DNA of 49,035 bases from IMG/VR virus record IMGVR_UViG_3300005253_000043, positions 1-49,035 of that record. One strand, written 5' to 3'. The position numbers and the translations under genes were made by a program. The DNA comes from a virus (lineage: Duplodnaviria; Caudoviricetes). Position 1 is the first letter of the stretch. Every line of letters begins with the position of its first letter. Positions 46,271 to 49,035 of this stretch are shown one piece after another. The notes below the pieces were generated by a model. It saw only the letters and a list, made by a program, of their open reading frames with translations, was not told the DNA's origin and made no database searches.

Positions 46271-47800
46271 ATGTCCGAATGGAACTTAAAACTAACTGAA
46301 TTTCAAGATGAGTTTTATTACTCGACCGCCCGTTACCCCAATATGACAGCAGCTTGGGCGACAGGAAAAACGATGCTTTCCATAGCTAAAGGCGTCAGGT
46401 TGAGCGGTATGTATCCCGGCAATAAAGGACTTGTCCTGAGAAAGAACTATACTGACCTTGCCGACAGTACTATGGCTGACTTCACTGACTATACTGGGTA
46501 CAAGATAAAGAAACAGTCCAAGACCTGCACTATTCCGATTGCTGGATATCCTTCCTCTGAGATTTTATTTCACCATGCAGACGAGTTAGCGGGTGTCATC
46601 CAGAACATCAATTTAGGTTGGTTCTTCATCGAACAGGGTGAGGAATTTGATACCAATGAAGTATTCGAGAAGTTAGGCGGCAGATTGCGCCGGGTACTTA
46701 CCCCGTTAAAAGAGGTACAGCAACAGCTTGTCGAGGTTGGCGCCTTAGACCGCATAGTAGATGATTTTTGTGAACTCAGTTACGAGGACAGGCTTCGTGC
46801 TGAAAGCGGGATCATTTCTATCTTACACCAACCATTAAGGCAGGGGTTTGTCATCGCCAATACGAAAGGGCATAACTGGATTTGGAGAAAGTGGAAAAAC
46901 AAGGGCGGAAAAGAATACATGATAGACACCTCTTTCGAGGTTAAGAGCTACGAAACCGGCAAGGTCTATGACTACGGCAAATACGCTTCGCTCACCGAGG
47001 CAAAGACCGAGGATAATAAAAAGAACATCGCCGCCGATTTCTATGCCGCTTTGATGGCCAAGGAAGAGACGTCTCCCGGAATTTTCCGCAGGTTCGTCCG
47101 GAACTCCTGGGAAGAGGCCGACACGGACGATATGTGCATCCCCTATACCTCTATCTTAGAGGCCGTGGACAGGGACGTGAGGGAGTATGGCGACGACCTG
47201 ATAGTCCTGTCAGCCGACCCCGCCGAACATGGCAATGATAAGTTTATGATATATGTCCTTAAAGGGTATAAGGTCATCGACGAATTAGAGAGGACTAAAA
47301 AAGAGTTAATGGAAAGCGTCGGACATATCGTCCTGAAGTACGGCGAACACCACCCCGACGTTATCGTGATAGATGACGTAGGCGTCGGCGCCGGTCCGAG
47401 GTCAAGGCTCAGGGAACTGGCAACTGAAGGGGTTATAAATTCACAGATAATGCCGATAAACTACGGACGTGCCCCGATGGACAAGGAACACTTCGCAAAA
47501 CTAAGGGACCAGATAATCATGTTCGCTGCCCAGTTGTTTCGGGACGGAAGAGTCTGTATTCCCGACGACCAGGAATTGATAGAGGAATTAGCCGCATATT
47601 CTTACGAACCGAACTCAAGGGGACAGATCACGGTACATCGCAAAAAAGAGATCAAGGAAAAGATAGGCCGCTCTCCCGACAAGGCTGATACTTTGTTCAT
47701 GGGATTGTGGGCGGCAAAACGTGGACGGAAACTTGAACTTGTACCGGCAGGACCGGAAGAAGATGAATCTGAGTGGGATGTTTTAGGGTTTGGGTTATAG
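46271..47800 (+). CDS. terL: Terminase large subunit
   Basis: AWATGKT Walker A; LGWFFIEQGEE; ADPAEHGND; IDDVGVGAG; GRSPDKADT nuclease end. Confidence 0.92.
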   Translation: MSEWNLKLTEFQDEFYYSTARYPNMTAAWATGKTMLSIAKGVRLSGMYPGNKGLVLRKNYTDLADSTMADFTDYTGYKIKKQSKTCTIPIAGYPSSEILFHHADELAGVIQNINLGWFFIEQGEEFDTNEVFEKLGGRLRRVLTPLKEVQQQLVEVGALDRIVDDFCELSYEDRLRAESGIISILHQPLRQGFVIANTKGHNWIWRKWKNKGGKEYMIDTSFEVKSYETGKVYDYGKYASLTEAKTEDNKKNIAADFYAALMAKEETSPGIFRRFVRNSWEEADTDDMCIPYTSILEAVDRDVREYGDDLIVLSADPAEHGNDKFMIYVLKGYKVIDELERTKKELMESVGHIVLKYGEHHPDVIVIDDVGVGAGPRSRLRELATEGVINSQIMPINYGRAPMDKEHFAKLRDQIIMFAAQLFRDGRVCIPDDQELIEELAAYSYEPNSRGQITVHRKKEIKEKIGRSPDKADTLFMGLWAAKRGRKLELVPAGPEEDESEWDVLGFGL

Positions 47801-47809
47801 GAGAAAGAA

Positions 47810-48124
47810 ATGAAAGTATGTGATAAATGCAAAAAGCCTTCAAGATACGATGTAAATATAATCAACAGAGGGGCAAAGTTGCCCTCTGGACTTGTTTCGT
47901 GGAATATAAACGTCTGCGAAACTTGCATGGTGGAACTTAATGAAATACTGGAAAAATATTTTGAAGTTCCAGAAGACGAAAAGATTGGACTTCAAGGAGA
48001 ATGTAAAATGGAAAGTTCCAGAAGTGAATGGCAAGAAATATGGGATAAAATCATCAATGGAGAATTTGATAAGATACTGGATTCTGAATTGATAGAGTGG
48101 CTAAAAATGATAATAACCGAATAA
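47810..48124 (+). CDS. Zn-binding hypothetical protein
   Basis: CDKC...CETC; AGGAG RBS. Confidence 0.55.
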   Translation: MKVCDKCKKPSRYDVNIINRGAKLPSGLVSWNINVCETCMVELNEILEKYFEVPEDEKIGLQGECKMESSRSEWQEIWDKIINGEFDKILDSELIEWLKMIITE

Positions 48125-48141
48125 TAAATAAGGAGTAAATT

Positions 48142-48345
48142 ATGCCTTCTGGCGGCGGTAGTAAAAAGAAAATAATTCCACCACCTATACCCGATCCGAT
48201 ACCTACTGCACCGACTACGGCGGAGTCAGAGATTATCTCACGGCGTGCTGAGGCCGAACGCAAACGCAGGGCGGGTAAAAAGGGACGTACGGGAACTATA
48301 CTTACCGGCCCGTCTCAATTAAATGAATTACTCGGTGAAGCATAA
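48142..48345 (+). CDS. Conserved small pre-portal virion protein
   Basis: Pro-rich N-terminus; GRTGTILTG...LLG end typical of this position in podoviruses. Confidence 0.7.
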   Translation: MPSGGGSKKKIIPPPIPDPIPTAPTTAESEIISRRAEAERKRRAGKKGRTGTILTGPSQLNELLGEA

Positions 48346-48356
48346 GGAGAACAAAA

Positions 48357-48797
48357 ATGAAAATAGAAACAAGGACATTTATAGACTGCTCAATACTTTA
48401 CCCGATGGGTGCAGTTTCCTTCCGGCGAGTATCTGAGCGGGAAATTGTTTGGCAAATAGCCGGAAAAATTAAAGACGATATACTTTGCATAACAATGGTT
48501 GATTTTGGGGATATGGAAGACAATATATTTAAGACAGTTTATACCATTCACACCAAAGACAATCTCTGTGAACACAAAGAAGGGCGATTGTGCGATATTG
48601 AGATAGAAGACATGTTCGGCACTCGATTTGGTGTGCTTTCCGATAGACCGGGATATTTGGCATGGGAAGGAACCAATATACCTTTTATTAACAAACTTAG
48701 GGCTACGCCGAAAAGAGTGCTATTTCCCTTGCATGGAAGTTACGTGGATGTTCCTGGTGTGGAATTACAAGAAGCAGAGGAAGTTTTAAATGCCTGA
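48357..48797 (+). CDS. Hypothetical protein inserted before the portal
   Basis: AAGGAG RBS. Confidence 0.55.
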   Translation: MKIETRTFIDCSILYPMGAVSFRRVSEREIVWQIAGKIKDDILCITMVDFGDMEDNIFKTVYTIHTKDNLCEHKEGRLCDIEIEDMFGTRFGVLSDRPGYLAWEGTNIPFINKLRATPKRVLFPLHGSYVDVPGVELQEAEEVLNA

Positions 48798-49035
48798 AAA
48801 TACATTGGAGCAAAAGAACCGTGCTAAAAAGATTCTGGAACGCCAGAAGATAAAGGAGGCTGTGCGCAAACCTTATGAGGATGGGCTATGGAAAGACATC
48901 TCAAGGTTCGTAAACCCCCGCCGTGAGGATATAACGATCTCCAGCATGACACTTGAAAAGGGTAGACGCAGGGGCAAGGATGTTTATGACGGTACTCCGT
49001 CAGGCGCGTTAAGTACATGGGCGGATGGTATGCAG
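48790..49035 (+). CDS. Portal protein N-terminus (continues at window start)
   Basis: MPENTLEQKNRAKKILERQ...WKDISRFVNPRREDITISSMTLEK is in frame with 32-1552. Confidence 0.9.
   Translation, partial: MPENTLEQKNRAKKILERQKIKEAVRKPYEDGLWKDISRFVNPRREDITISSMTLEKGRRRGKDVYDGTPSGALSTWADGMQ
48915..49035. repeat. Terminal overlap (circular assembly), copy 2
   Basis: Identical to 1-121. Confidence 0.97.

Noticed and set aside
46690-46840. Intein in the terminase large subunit
   Set aside because: The apparent insert is only about 45 aa and lacks the C/S...HN splice motifs
1-49035. Alternative genetic code (TGA or TAG reassigned)
   Set aside because: Long genes are intact in code 11, and TGA/TAG end many genes at tight overlaps; only the TGA at 2495 looks internal

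Overview
A complete, circularly assembled phage genome of about 48,914 bp. The first 121 nt repeat at the end, and the portal gene spans the junction. The virion module is podovirus-type, in BPP-1/T7-like order: terminase, portal, scaffold, major capsid, cement, adaptor, nozzle, ejection proteins, fibre. It is joined to a lambdoid-style recombination and replication block (YqaJ exonuclease, ERF, initiator with iterons, DnaC-like loader, NinB/NinG-like). I found no integrase, DNA or RNA polymerase, reverse transcriptase or canonical endolysin. A sigma70 region-4 domain resembles planctomycete RpoD as I recall it, which tentatively suggests a Planctomycetota host. The most unusual signals are five. 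(1) Sec-type signal peptides sit on three virion proteins, including the conserved tail nozzle. (2) Three sequence-divergent leaders share one architecture: a ~40-codon ORF over interleaved antiterminator/terminator helices. (3) An HNH-sigma4 fusion has an altered recognition helix, and two promoters carry the same non-canonical -35 region. (4) A tRNA-like gene has an ATA anticodon and a 50-nt variable arm. (5) Several translational oddities occur: an in-frame TGA, an ATT start and a slippery heptamer. All family assignments come from motif recognition and synteny by eye; no searches or folding programs were run.
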